Assembly: GCA_018623495.1 (NCBI GenBank) | Contig: JAAZVP010000003.1 | Span: 3,466-67,465, forward strand | Source: Halothiobacillus sp. | GTDB taxonomy: Bacteria > Pseudomonadota > Gammaproteobacteria > JAAZVP01 | Length of the DNA stretch: 64,000 nt | Direction of reading: 5' to 3' | Shown: in pieces, positions 11,158-23,539 of the stretch | How positions within the stretch are numbered: position 1 is the stretch's first letter | How the letters are laid out: each line of letters begins with the position of its first letter | Made by a program: the position numbers and the translations under genes | The notes under the pieces: generated by a model | Seen by the model: the letters and a program-made list of their open reading frames with translations, nothing else | Told to the model about the DNA's origin: nothing | The model's database searches: none

Positions 11158-12305
11158 CGGGCCTCCAGCACCGCCTCCAGGGCGGCGATCAGGCCGGCGT
11201 TCTCCGCCGGCGTACCCACGCTGATGCGCAGGTGGCGTGGCAGGCCGTCGCCGACCAGGGGCCGGGCGATGAAGCCGCGCTCCAGCAGCCGCTGGTAGAT
11301 GCCGCCGGCATCCTCGCCCACCTCGGCGGTGACGAAATTGGTGGCGGAGGGCAGGTGCGCCAGGCCCAGGCGATCGAGCGCCGCTTCCAGCCGGTCGCGC
11401 TCGGCCAGGTTCATCCGCCGGCTCTCGGCCACGTAGTCGGCGTCCTCCAGGGCCGCCAGCGCCCCGGCCTGGCCCACCCGGTTGGCGTTGAAGGGATGCC
11501 GCACGCGGTTCATGAGGTCGGCGATCGCCGGGTGGGCCACCGCGTAGCCGATGCGCACCCCGGCCAGGCCGTGGATCTTGGAGAAGGTGCGGGTGACCAC
11601 CAGGTTGGGGAAGCGCTCCAGCCAGTCGAGCGCGGTGGGCTGGCCGGGATCGCGGGCATACTCGACGTAGGCCTCGTCCACCACGACCACCACCTCCGCC
11701 GGCAGGTCGGCGATGAAGGCCTCCAGCTCGGCCGGTTCCACCCAGGTGCCGGTGGGATTGTTGGGATTGGCCACGAACACCACCCGCGTGGTCGCGTCGA
11801 TCCGCGCCCGCATGGCCTCGAGGTCGTGCCCCCGGGGCATGCCGCTCTCCGCCCCCAGGGCCGGGGCGGCGCGGCCCTCGGCGCCGCAGGCCCGGGTCAC
11901 CAGGCGGTAGACGGCGAAGGCGTGCTCGGAGAAGACCGCCGAGCGCCCGGGCCCGAGAAACACCCGCGCGAGGAGGTCGAGCAGGTCGTTCGAGCCGTTG
12001 CCCAGTACCAGGCGCTCGGCGCCGACATCGAGGTGGCGGGACAGCCCGGCCTTGAGGTCGAAGCCGTTGGGATCGGGGTAGCGGTGCACCTCGGCACAGG
12101 CCGCCCGCATGGCCGCCAGCGCCCGCTCACCGGGCCCCAGGGGGTTCTCGTTGGAGGCCAGCTTGACCACCGTCTCGATCCCCAGCTCGCGCTTGAGCTC
12201 GTCGATGGGCTTGCCCGGCTGGTAGGGCGTAAGCCCCTGCACGCCCTCGACGGCGAGGGCCGGGAAATCCACGGGTTGCGGGCTTCGGGATGCTTGCGCG
12301 GTCAT
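11154..12305 (-). CDS. hisC: Histidinol-phosphate/aromatic aminotransferase
   Basis: YQPGKPI, KLASNENPLG, ANPNNPTG, DEAY, RTFSKIHGLAGVRIGY. Confidence 0.95.
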   Translation of the reverse strand: MTAQASRSPQPVDFPALAVEGVQGLTPYQPGKPIDELKRELGIETVVKLASNENPLGPGERALAAMRAACAEVHRYPDPNGFDLKAGLSRHLDVGAERLVLGNGSNDLLDLLARVFLGPGRSAVFSEHAFAVYRLVTRACGAEGRAAPALGAESGMPRGHDLEAMRARIDATTRVVFVANPNNPTGTWVEPAELEAFIADLPAEVVVVVDEAYVEYARDPGQPTALDWLERFPNLVVTRTFSKIHGLAGVRIGYAVAHPAIADLMNRVRHPFNANRVGQAGALAALEDADYVAESRRMNLAERDRLEAALDRLGLAHLPSATNFVTAEVGEDAGGIYQRLLERGFIARPLVGDGLPRHLRISVGTPAENAGLIAALEAVLEAR

Positions 12306-12313
12306 GTTCGCCC

Positions 12314-13402
12314 TCAAAGCGGGGTACGGGGATAGGAGCCGAGCACGGTCAACAGCGAGGCGGAGGCCTCCATCTCCTCCAGGGCCGCCGCCACGGACGC
12401 ATCCGACCGATGACCGAGGACATCGACGAAGAACACGTACTCCCAGGCCCGGTTGCGCGCCGGGCGGGACTCGATCTTGGTCATCGACAGGTCCCGGCTG
12501 GCCAGCGGCGCGAGCATGGCATGCAGCGAACCCGGCCGGTTGGGGCCGGAGAACATGATCGAGGTCTTGTCCTCGCCCGAGGCCTCCACGTCGTCTGCAC
12601 CGATCACCAGGAACCGCGTGGTGTTGCTGGGATCGTCCTCGATACGCTCGGCCAGCCGGTCCAGGTCGTAGAGCTCGGCGGCCGCGGCCGAGGCGATCGC
12701 GGCCGTGCCGGCCTCCTCGGCGGCCCGACGCGCTGCCTCGGCGTTGCTCGCCAGGGCGACGCGCTCCACCCCGGCGAGGTTGCGGTCGAGCCACTCGCGA
12801 CACTGCGCCAGGGCCTGGGGATGGGCATAGACCCGCTTCACCCCGGCGAGCTCCACCGAACGGCCGATGAGATTGTGGTGGATGCGCAGTTCCACCTCGC
12901 CACAGACCTTGAGCGGCGAGCGCAGGAACATGTCCAGGGTGTGGGTGACCACGCCCTCGGAGGAATTCTCCACCGGCACCACCCCGAAGTCGGCACTGCC
13001 CGACTCCACCTCGCGAAAGACCGTGTTGATGCCGCCCAGGGGCCGGAATTCGACCGCGTGGCCGAAGTGCTTGAGCGCCGCGGACTGGGTGAAGGTCCCC
13101 TCCGGGCCCAGGTAGGCCACCCGCAGCGGCTGCTCGAGGGCCAGGCAGGCCGACATCACCTCGCGAAACAGGAAGGCGGCGGTGTCGTCCGCCAGCGGCC
13201 CGGGGTTGTCCGCGCGCACGCGGCGCAGGATTGCCGCCTCGCGGTCGGGGCGGAAGAAGGTCGCGTCGTCGCCCTGCTCCGCGCGCTTGACGCGGCCCAC
13301 CGCCTGCGCCAGCGATGCCCGTTCGTTGAGCATCTCCAGCAGCTGGCGATCGAGGGCGTCGATGCGCTCGCGGATCTCGCTCAGGCTCGCGTCACTCGCC
13401 AT
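12314..13402 (-). CDS. pheA: Chorismate mutase/prephenate dehydratase (P-protein)
   Basis: IRERIDALD, AYLGPEGTFT, VPVENSSEG, NTTRFLVIG, TKIESRP. Confidence 0.96.
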   Translation of the reverse strand: MASDASLSEIRERIDALDRQLLEMLNERASLAQAVGRVKRAEQGDDATFFRPDREAAILRRVRADNPGPLADDTAAFLFREVMSACLALEQPLRVAYLGPEGTFTQSAALKHFGHAVEFRPLGGINTVFREVESGSADFGVVPVENSSEGVVTHTLDMFLRSPLKVCGEVELRIHHNLIGRSVELAGVKRVYAHPQALAQCREWLDRNLAGVERVALASNAEAARRAAEEAGTAAIASAAAAELYDLDRLAERIEDDPSNTTRFLVIGADDVEASGEDKTSIMFSGPNRPGSLHAMLAPLASRDLSMTKIESRPARNRAWEYVFFVDVLGHRSDASVAAALEEMEASASLLTVLGSYPRTPL

Positions 13403-13423
13403 ATCGGATATCGCCGTACACAG

Positions 13424-13451
13424 GAACGCCGTGCCCGCGGGCACGGCGTTC
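13424..13451. other. Perfect 28-bp palindrome (hairpin) between serA and pheA
   Basis: GAACGCCGTGCCCG/CGGGCACGGCGTTC; no U-tract. Confidence 0.7.
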
Positions 13452-13476
13452 GTCGACCGGGTTCACCGGGTCCCGA

Positions 13477-14640
13477 TCAGAGGACCCGCACGCGCAGGAC
13501 GCCATCGATCGCCTTGATGGCGTCGACGATGTCGTCGGAGACCGCGTCGTCCAGGTCGAGCAGGGTGCAGGCGATCTCGCCGCGGGACTCGTTGACCATG
13601 TGGACGATGTTGGTGTGGGAGTCGCCGATGATGTGCGAGATCTGGCCCACCATGTCCGGCCGGTTCTGGTTGACCACCGCCAGGCGCGCCGCGCCCTTGC
13701 GCGGCAGGGCCACCTCGGGGAAGTTCACCGAGTTGCGGATGTTGCCGTTCTCCAGGTAGTCCTTGAGCTGCTCGGCCACCATCACCGCGCAGTTGTCCTC
13801 GGCCTCCTCGGTGGAGGCGCCCAGGTGCGGCAGCGCGACCACGCGCTCGTGGCCCTTGAGGCGGTTGGAGGGGAAGTCGGTGACGTAGGCGTAGGCCTTG
13901 CCGGAGTCCAGGGCCTCCTCCATGGCCTCCTCGTCGACGATACCGTCGCGGGCGAAGTTGAGAACGACCACGTTGTTCTTCATGAAGCTCAGCCGCTCGC
14001 TGTTGATCAGGTGGCGGGTCCCCTCCACCAGCGGCACGTGGAAGGTCACGTAGTCCGCCTTGGCCAGCAGGTCGTCGATGCCCGCGGCCTGCTTGACCGA
14101 GGCGTCGAGCTCCCAGGCCCGGGCGACGGTCATGCCCGGGTCGAAGCCGATCACGTTCATGCCCAGGGCGACCGCGGCATTGGCCACGCGCACGCCGATG
14201 GCCCCCAGGCCGACGATGCCCAGGGTACGGCCGGGCAGCTCGAAGCCCTTGTACTTCTTCTTGCCCGCCTCGACGGCCTTGTGCAGCTCGGCATCGTCAC
14301 CGTCCAGGCCCTGGACGTAGTTCCAGCCCTGGACCACGTTGCGGCTGGCCATGAGCATGCCGGCGAGCACCAGCTCCTTGACGCCGTTGGCATTGGCCCC
14401 GGGGGCGTTGAACACGCACACGCCGCGGTCGGTCATCTTGTCCACGGGGATGTTGTTCACCCCGGCGCCGGCGCGGCCGATGGCCTCGAGCGAGTCCGGC
14501 AGCTCCATGTCGTGCATCTTGTGCGAGCGCACCAGCACGCCGTCGGGGTTCTGGATCTCGGAGGAGATCTCGTAGGTGTCGTGCGGCAGGCGGTCGAGGC
14601 CCTTGGAGGAAATCGCGTTGAGAGTCAGGATCTTGTACAT
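13477..14640 (-). CDS. serA: D-3-phosphoglycerate dehydrogenase with ACT domain
   Basis: RAGAGVNNI, NAPGANAN, GLGAIG, NFAR, PHLGASTEEA, NSVNFP; follows serC. Confidence 0.93.
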   Translation of the reverse strand: MYKILTLNAISSKGLDRLPHDTYEISSEIQNPDGVLVRSHKMHDMELPDSLEAIGRAGAGVNNIPVDKMTDRGVCVFNAPGANANGVKELVLAGMLMASRNVVQGWNYVQGLDGDDAELHKAVEAGKKKYKGFELPGRTLGIVGLGAIGVRVANAAVALGMNVIGFDPGMTVARAWELDASVKQAAGIDDLLAKADYVTFHVPLVEGTRHLINSERLSFMKNNVVVLNFARDGIVDEEAMEEALDSGKAYAYVTDFPSNRLKGHERVVALPHLGASTEEAEDNCAVMVAEQLKDYLENGNIRNSVNFPEVALPRKGAARLAVVNQNRPDMVGQISHIIGDSHTNIVHMVNESRGEIACTLLDLDDAVSDDIVDAIKAIDGVLRVRVL

Positions 14641-14668
14641 GCCTTTTCACCCAGTATCTTGCGTCTGA

Positions 14669-15754
14669 TCAGCCGTGACGGCGCTCGAAATCGGCCATGA
14701 AGTCCACCAGGGCGTCGACGCCCTCTTCCGGCATGGCGTTGTAGATGCTCGCCCGCATGCCGCCCACGCTGCGGTGGCCCTTGAGCGTCACCAGCCCCGC
14801 TTCCCTGGCCTCGGCCAGGAAGGTGTCGTTGAGGCCGTCGTCGGCGAGGATGAACGGCACGTTCATCCACGAGCGGCAGGCCCCGTCCACGGGGTTGGTG
14901 TAGAAGTCGGACTCGTCGATGGCGGCGTAGAGCTTGCCGGCCTTGCGCTCGTTGCGCTCGCCCATGGCCTCGAGGCCACCGCGCTCCTTGAGCCACTCGA
15001 ACACCAGCCCGGCCATGTACCAGGCGTAGGTGGGCGGGGTGTTGGCCATGGAGTCGGCATCGGCCATGGTCTTGTAGTCCATCAGCTTGGGCGTGCCCGG
15101 GCGCGCGTCGCCGATCAGGTCGTCGCGCACGATCACCACGGTCACGCCCGCCGGGCCGATGTTCTTCTGCGCGCCGGCGTAGATGATGCCGTAGCGCGAG
15201 ACGTCCACGGGGCGCGAGAGGATAGTGGAGGACATGTCGGCCACCAGCGGGACGTCACCGGTCTCGGGAACGTAGGGGAACTCCACGCCGGCGATGGTCT
15301 CGTTGGGCGTGTAATGGCAGTAGGCGGCCTGCGGGTCCACCCGGATATCGCCCTCGCCCGGCAGCGTGGTGAAGTGGCTGCCCTCGGTGTCGGCGATGAC
15401 GTTCACCCGGGCGAAGCGCCGCGCCTCGGCGATGGCCTTCTTGGACCAGTGACCGGTGTTCATGTAGTCCACGGTCACGCCGTCGTCCTTGGCCAGGTTG
15501 AGCGGGATCGCGGAGAACTGGCCGCTGGCCCCGCCCTGGAGGAAGAGCACCTTGTAGTTGTCGGGGATCGCCATCAGCTCCCGCAGGTCGGCCTCCGCCT
15601 TCTCGGCGATGGAAACGAACTCCTTGCCGCGGTGGCTCATCTCCATTACCGACATGCCGGTGCCGCGCCAGTCGAGCATCTCCTCGCGGGCGCGCTCCAG
15701 AACTTCAGCCGGCAGCATCGCCGGTCCGGCACTGAAGTTGTAGACTCGAGACAT
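14669..15754 (-). CDS. serC: Phosphoserine aminotransferase
   Basis: YNFSAGPAMLP, MEMSHRG, GAQKNIGPAG, GHRSVGGMRASIYNA. Confidence 0.98.
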   Translation of the reverse strand: MSRVYNFSAGPAMLPAEVLERAREEMLDWRGTGMSVMEMSHRGKEFVSIAEKAEADLRELMAIPDNYKVLFLQGGASGQFSAIPLNLAKDDGVTVDYMNTGHWSKKAIAEARRFARVNVIADTEGSHFTTLPGEGDIRVDPQAAYCHYTPNETIAGVEFPYVPETGDVPLVADMSSTILSRPVDVSRYGIIYAGAQKNIGPAGVTVVIVRDDLIGDARPGTPKLMDYKTMADADSMANTPPTYAWYMAGLVFEWLKERGGLEAMGERNERKAGKLYAAIDESDFYTNPVDGACRSWMNVPFILADDGLNDTFLAEAREAGLVTLKGHRSVGGMRASIYNAMPEEGVDALVDFMADFERRHG

Positions 15755-15781
15755 TGACTACCCCCGTGAAATCGTCAGTCG

Positions 15782-18355
<2,574 letters not shown>

Positions 18356-18463
18356 GGATCGGCAATTCCCTCATGCGTTTTCCGGACCGCGGCGCAACGA
18401 GCCCCGGACCGCGTCTTTCCCGGCGTTGTCGGGGAGCGAAAGGGCATCGCTCCAAAACGCACG

Positions 18464-18472
18464 ATCTTACCA
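18464..18472 (-). promoter_or_regulatory. Putative extended -10 promoter of gyrA
   Basis: Minus strand TG-G-TAAGAT about 110 bp upstream of the gyrA ATG. Confidence 0.5.
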
Positions 18473-18495
18473 CAAACCGCCCCTGCCGGCGCTCG

Positions 18496-19266
18496 CTACC
18501 CCGGATGGTGGAGATAGACGTCGAAGCGCACGCTCTTGCCGCCGAACACCACGTCCGGCGCCGCCCCGGCCAGCAACGGTGCCTTGCGCGGGCGCTTGAC
18601 CACCACCCGGCGCACGCCGCTCGCCCGCGCCGCCGCCAGCAGCGCGTCGCCCTCGTCGCCGGTTCCCAGCAGGGCCTGGAAGAGTTGCATGGCCTTCTTC
18701 ACCCGGGCCGCCTTGCGCCGCTCGGGGAACATCGGGTCGAGGTAGACCACCTGCGCACCCAGCGCCGCGACCCGCTCGGCGAGCAGCGTCTCGGCCTCGC
18801 CGCACTCCAGCGTCATCCGTTCGGCGACCGGGGCGGTGGCCGGGTCGGCCCCGGCGCGCTCCAGGCCGTCGGCCAGCAGGGCGTGGATCACCGGGTGGCG
18901 TTCGACCAGGTGCACCCGGCAGCCCAGGGCCGCCAGCGTGAAGGCATCCTGCCCCAGCCCGGCCGTGGCGTCGATCACCAAGGGTCGGAAACCCGGCTTG
19001 AGCCCCGCGGCCCGGCCGATCAGGCTGCGCCGGCCGGCCTGCGCGGCCCGCCGCGCGCTGCTGCCGGCGCCGAAATCGACCCGCAGGGGATGGCGCTCGG
19101 GGTGGCGGGCATCGGCCAGCGCCAGTCCCGCCTCGTCCACCACCAGCAACAGCCCGGCGAAACCCGCGGGCGGCGCCGGGGGCAGCTCCAGCGACGCGGC
19201 CAGCGCCTCGGCCCGCTGCCGGCAGGCCGGGGTCTCGGCCCGCACGGCCACCGGGGAGACGGTCAT
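18496..19266 (-). CDS. rsmJ: 16S rRNA m2G1516 methyltransferase (RsmJ/YhiQ family)
   Basis: IDATAGLGQDAFTLAALG, VVYLDPMFP, VKKAMQLF, RVVVKRP. Confidence 0.88.
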   Translation of the reverse strand: MTVSPVAVRAETPACRQRAEALAASLELPPAPPAGFAGLLLVVDEAGLALADARHPERHPLRVDFGAGSSARRAAQAGRRSLIGRAAGLKPGFRPLVIDATAGLGQDAFTLAALGCRVHLVERHPVIHALLADGLERAGADPATAPVAERMTLECGEAETLLAERVAALGAQVVYLDPMFPERRKAARVKKAMQLFQALLGTGDEGDALLAAARASGVRRVVVKRPRKAPLLAGAAPDVVFGGKSVRFDVYLHHPG

Positions 19267-20564
19267 GGCACCAGCGGCTTGACGAAGACCTTGGAATTGC
19301 GGCGATAGTTGTAGAGCTCGCGCCGCGCCACGGGCAGGGAATCGACCTCGGCCGGGGCGAAGCCGTGTTCCACGAACCAGTGCTCGGCCCGGGTGGTGAG
19401 CACGAACAGCCGCTCGAGCCCCGCCTCCCGGGCCTCCTGCTCCACTCGCTCGAGCAGGCGCTCGCCGCGGCGCGCGCCGCGGTAGTCCGGGTGGACGGCC
19501 AGCGCCGCCATCTCGGCGACGCCCTCCCCCGGGAAGGGGAACAGCGCCACGCAGCCGATCACCGCGCCGTCGCGCTCGATCACCCGGAAGCGTTCCACCT
19601 CCAGCTCCAGCTGCTCGCGCGAGCGCCGCACCAGGGCACCCTCGGCCTCCAGCGGGGCGATCAGGGCCAGGATGCCGCCGACGTCCTCGATGGTGGCCGG
19701 GCGCAGGGTGTCGTAGGCCTCGGCCGTGACCAGGGTGCCGGCGCCGTCGCGGGTGAACAGCTCCAGCAGCAGCGCCCCGTCCACCGCCGCCCGCACCAGG
19801 TGCACCCGGCGCACACCGGCCTCGGTGGCCGCCGCCGCACTCGCCAGGTGGCGGCGGGTGACGGCGGGCAGGGTGGCGTCGGCGGCCCGCTCGCGGGCCT
19901 CGCCGGGGGCCATGTCGGCAGCCAGGCCTTCCAGGCCGTGGGCGAGAAAGATCAGCTTGTCGGCGTTGAGCGCACCGGCCGTGGCCACGGCCACGTCCTC
20001 GGCGGCCAGGTTGAAGACCTCGCCGGTGGGCGAGAAACCCAGGTTGGAGAGCAGGACGATGCCGTCGCCGGCCAGCTGCGCCTCGAGCGCCGCGGTGTCC
20101 AGGCGCCGGACCTGGCCGGTAAAGGCGAAGTCGACCCCGTCGATCACGCCCAGCGGACGGGCGGTGACGAAATTGCCCGAGACCACACGCACCCCGGCGC
20201 CCGGCGAGGGCGTCGTGGCCGGGCCACTGGAGAGCCGCGCCTGGATGTCGACGTGCACCGACATGGCCGCGCGCCGGACCCGCTCGAGGGCCTCGGCGGT
20301 GGTCACCCGCACGCCGCCGACGAAGCGCGACTCGATGCCCGCCTCGGCCAGCTCCCGGTCGATCCGGCTGCGCGCCCCGTGGACCACCACCACCCGGATG
20401 CCCAGGGCATGCAGCAGGGCGATGTCCTGGGCCAGGGCGTCGAAGCCCCCGGCCTCCAGCGTCTCGTCCTCGACGGCCAGCACGAACGTCCGCCCCCGGT
20501 GGCGGTGGATGTAGCCACCGGCCTGGCGGAAACCGTGGACGAACTGGCCCGCTTCGATCTGCAT
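19263..20564 (-). CDS. argA: Amino-acid N-acetyltransferase (N-acetylglutamate synthase)
   Basis: YIHRHRGRTFV, SPTGEVFNL, DGALLLELFTRDG, GNAT domain FVLTTRAEHWF, YNYRRNSK. Confidence 0.95.
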   Translation of the reverse strand: MQIEAGQFVHGFRQAGGYIHRHRGRTFVLAVEDETLEAGGFDALAQDIALLHALGIRVVVVHGARSRIDRELAEAGIESRFVGGVRVTTAEALERVRRAAMSVHVDIQARLSSGPATTPSPGAGVRVVSGNFVTARPLGVIDGVDFAFTGQVRRLDTAALEAQLAGDGIVLLSNLGFSPTGEVFNLAAEDVAVATAGALNADKLIFLAHGLEGLAADMAPGEARERAADATLPAVTRRHLASAAAATEAGVRRVHLVRAAVDGALLLELFTRDGAGTLVTAEAYDTLRPATIEDVGGILALIAPLEAEGALVRRSREQLELEVERFRVIERDGAVIGCVALFPFPGEGVAEMAALAVHPDYRGARRGERLLERVEQEAREAGLERLFVLTTRAEHWFVEHGFAPAEVDSLPVARRELYNYRRNSKVFVKPLVP

Positions 20565-21475
20565 CAACCGCCCAGGATCAGGAACTCCAGCAGCGCCTTC
20601 TGGGCGTGCAGCCGATTCTCGGCCTCCTCCCAGACCACGCTCTGTTCCCCCTCGAGCACCCCGGCACTGACCTCCTCGCCGCGGTGGGCCGGCAGGCAGT
20701 GCATGAACAGTGCCTCGCGGTCGGCCAGGGCCATCAGGTCCTCGTCCACCTGGAAGTCGGCGAAGGCGCGCTCGCGCTGGGCCTGTTCCTCTTCCTGGCC
20801 CATGCTGGCCCAGACGTCGGTGACCACCAGGTCGGCGCCCTCGACCGCCGCCCGGGGGTCGTTGCCGACCTGCACCGCGTCACCGCCGGCGGCCACCACC
20901 TCGGCCTCCGGCTCGAAACCGGCCGGCGTGGCGATCCGCAGGTGGAAGCCGAAGATCCGCGCGGCGTTGATATAGGAATGGCACATGTTGTTGCCGTCCC
21001 CTACCCAGGCCACGGTGCGACCGCGGATCTCGCCGCGATGCTCGTTGAAGGTGAGCATGTCGGCGAGCAGTTGGCAGGGGTGGAAACGGTCGGTGAGGCC
21101 GTTGATCACCGGCGACCGCGAGCAGCTGGCGAAGCGCTCCACCGTCTCGTGGTCGAAGGTGCGGATCATCACCGCGTCCACCATCCGCGAGAGGACCCGG
21201 GCCGTGTCCTCCACCGGCTCGCCGCGGCCGAGCTGGGTGTCGCGGGGCGAGAGGAACATGGCGTGTCCGCCGAACTGGGCCATGCCCGACTCGAACGAGA
21301 CCCGCGTGCGCGTGGAGGACTTCTCGAAGATCATCCCCAGCACCCGGTTCTCGAGGAAGGCATGCGGCTCGCCGGCGCGCTGCAGACGCTTGAGCTCGCA
21401 GGCGCGCTGGATAAGGCGCCGGTGTTCGGCGGACGAGAGGTCGCCGAGGGTGAGAAAGTGGCGTACTGCTGACAT
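20564..21475 (-). CDS. argF: Ornithine carbamoyltransferase
   Basis: STRTR, HPCQ, SMGQ, HCLP motifs. Confidence 0.97.
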   Translation of the reverse strand: MSAVRHFLTLGDLSSAEHRRLIQRACELKRLQRAGEPHAFLENRVLGMIFEKSSTRTRVSFESGMAQFGGHAMFLSPRDTQLGRGEPVEDTARVLSRMVDAVMIRTFDHETVERFASCSRSPVINGLTDRFHPCQLLADMLTFNEHRGEIRGRTVAWVGDGNNMCHSYINAARIFGFHLRIATPAGFEPEAEVVAAGGDAVQVGNDPRAAVEGADLVVTDVWASMGQEEEQAQRERAFADFQVDEDLMALADREALFMHCLPAHRGEEVSAGVLEGEQSVVWEEAENRLHAQKALLEFLILGG

Positions 21476-21488
21476 GGCTGTCTTCCCT

Positions 21489-22667
21489 TTACTGGCCGCC
21501 GAGGCGGCCTTCCACCAGGGTACTCACCGTGTCGACGATGCGCTCGGCCTCGACGTCGGTGAGCACCAGCGGCGGCAGCAGGCGGATCACGTTGCCCGCG
21601 GTGACGTTGATCAGCAGGCCCCGCTCCACCGCCTGCCCCACCAGCTCGGCACAGGGCTCGGCGAGCTCGATGCCCAGCATCAGGCCACGGCCGCGGATGT
21701 CGCTGACCCCGTCGAGCCCGCCCAGGCGCTCGCGGAAACCCGCGAGCATGCGTTCGCCCAGCTCGGTGGCGCGCCCGCAGAGCCCCTCGGCGGCCAGGGT
21801 GTCGAGCACCGCCTCGGCCGCGGCACAGGCCAGCGGATTGCCGCCGAAGGTGGTGCCGTGGCGACCCGGCCCGAAGGTCTCGCCGACCGCCTCGCGGGCC
21901 AGGCAGGCGCCGATGGGCACGCCGTTGCCCAGGCCCTTGGCCAGGGTGAGCACGTCCGGCCGGATACCGGCCCGCTGGTGGGCAAACAGCACGCCCGTGC
22001 GGCCGATACCGGTCTGGATCTCGTCGAGCATCATCAGCCAGCCCTGGCGGTCGCAGAGCTCGCGCACCGCCTGCAGGTAGCCCTCGCCGGGCACCCGCAC
22101 GCCGCCCTCGCCCTGGATGGGCTCCACCAGCACCGCCACCACGTTGGGGTTCTTGTCGGCGATGCGCTCGATGGCCTCGACGTCGTCGAACGGCGCCCGG
22201 ACGAAACCCTGCACCAGCGGCTCGAAGCCGGCCTGCACCTTGCGGTTGCCGGTGGCCGAGAGCGTGGCCAGGGTGCGGCCGTGAAAGCTGTTCTCCATGA
22301 CGATGATCGCCGGCGACTGCACGCCCCGCTCGTGGCCGTGGAGGCGGGCCAGCTTGATCGCCGCCTCGTTGGCCTCGGCCCCCGAGTTGCAGAAGAAGGC
22401 CCGCTCCAGGCCGCTGGCCTCGGCCAGCCGCCGGGCCAGCTGCTCCTGGCGCTGGATGCCGTAGAGATTGGAGGTATGCACCAGCCGGCCGGCCTGGTCG
22501 CAGACGGCCTCGGTGACCGCGGGGTGGGCATGGCCCAGGTTGCACACCGCGATGCCACTCAGGGCGTCGAGGTACTCGCGGTCCGTGGCGTCCCAGAGCG
22601 AACAGCCCTGCCCGCGGACGAACTCGACGGGCAGGCGGGCATAGGTCGGCATCAGATGCTCAGACAT
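21489..22667 (-). CDS. argD: Acetylornithine aminotransferase
   Basis: [47 protein letters not shown]; upstream of argF. Confidence 0.93.
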   Translation of the reverse strand: MSEHLMPTYARLPVEFVRGQGCSLWDATDREYLDALSGIAVCNLGHAHPAVTEAVCDQAGRLVHTSNLYGIQRQEQLARRLAEASGLERAFFCNSGAEANEAAIKLARLHGHERGVQSPAIIVMENSFHGRTLATLSATGNRKVQAGFEPLVQGFVRAPFDDVEAIERIADKNPNVVAVLVEPIQGEGGVRVPGEGYLQAVRELCDRQGWLMMLDEIQTGIGRTGVLFAHQRAGIRPDVLTLAKGLGNGVPIGACLAREAVGETFGPGRHGTTFGGNPLACAAAEAVLDTLAAEGLCGRATELGERMLAGFRERLGGLDGVSDIRGRGLMLGIELAEPCAELVGQAVERGLLINVTAGNVIRLLPPLVLTDVEAERIVDTVSTLVEGRLGGQ

Positions 22668-22684
22668 GGCCTTTCCGGTGATGA

Positions 22685-22716
22685 CAAAAACAAAAAGGGG
22701 GCCAGCGGCCCCCCGG
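22685..22716 (-). terminator. Intrinsic terminator-like hairpin immediately upstream of argD
   Basis: Minus strand GGGGGCC-GCT-GGCCCCC followed by TTTTTGTTTTTG. Confidence 0.65.
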
Positions 22717-22727
22717 GGAAAATGACG

Positions 22728-22756
22728 ATTTTATTGCGCACCGGGACCCTATGCAA
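22728..22756 (-). promoter_or_regulatory. Putative sigma70 promoter upstream of argD
   Basis: Minus strand TTGCAT-17 bp-TAAAAT. Confidence 0.6.
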
Positions 22757-22778
22757 GGGCCGGTGCGGGAACGCGGGA

Positions 22779-23387
22779 TCAGCCCTTGGCCGCGGAATAC
22801 CGGCGGGCGACCTCTTCCCAGTTCACCACGTCCCAGAACGCCTCGACGTAGTCGGGGCGGCGGTTCTGGTAGCGCAGGTAGTAGGCATGCTCCCAGACGT
22901 CCAGGCCGAGGATGGGCGTGCCCTTGACCTCGGCGATGTCCATCAGCGGGTTGTCCTGGTTGGGCGTGGAGGTCACCTGCAGGCCCGCGTCGGTGGCCAC
23001 CAGCCAGGCCCAGCCGGAACCGAAGCGGGTCAGCGCCGCCTGGGTGAACTTCTCGCGGAAGTCCTCGAAGGAACCGAAGGCGCTCTCCACCTCGCTGCCC
23101 AGCTCGCCATCGGGACGGCCGCCACCGTCGGGGGACATCACGGTCCAGAACAGCGAGTGGTTGTAGTGGCCGCCACCGTTGTTGCGCACCGCGGTGGACA
23201 GGCTGGAGACGTTCTTCATCAGCTCCTCGACCGGCTTGTCGTCCCACTCGGTGCCGGCGATGGCGTCGTTGCACTTGCTGATGTAGGTCTGGTGGTGCTT
23301 GGTGTGGTGGAGCTCCATCGTGCGGGCGTCGATGGACTTTTCCAGCGCGTCGTACCCGTAGCTCAGGTCGGGAAGCGTGAATGCCAT
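22779..23387 (-). CDS. sodA: Superoxide dismutase, probably Mn type
   Basis: [38 protein letters not shown]; GGGH and NQD are Mn-type signatures. Confidence 0.9.
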   Translation of the reverse strand: MAFTLPDLSYGYDALEKSIDARTMELHHTKHHQTYISKCNDAIAGTEWDDKPVEELMKNVSSLSTAVRNNGGGHYNHSLFWTVMSPDGGGRPDGELGSEVESAFGSFEDFREKFTQAALTRFGSGWAWLVATDAGLQVTSTPNQDNPLMDIAEVKGTPILGLDVWEHAYYLRYQNRRPDYVEAFWDVVNWEEVARRYSAAKG

Positions 23388-23539
23388 GGAGATCTTCTCC
23401 TCAACCTTCAAATGGCGACAAGCCGACCCTGGGGCGGGCCGGCACTCGAAATCGTTCGCAGCTTGTAGAATGCGTTCTTTCCCGGGATTTATAGCACAGG
23501 GCCCGGGGGCAGTAAATCCGACCAGAGCGCTCAGGAATC

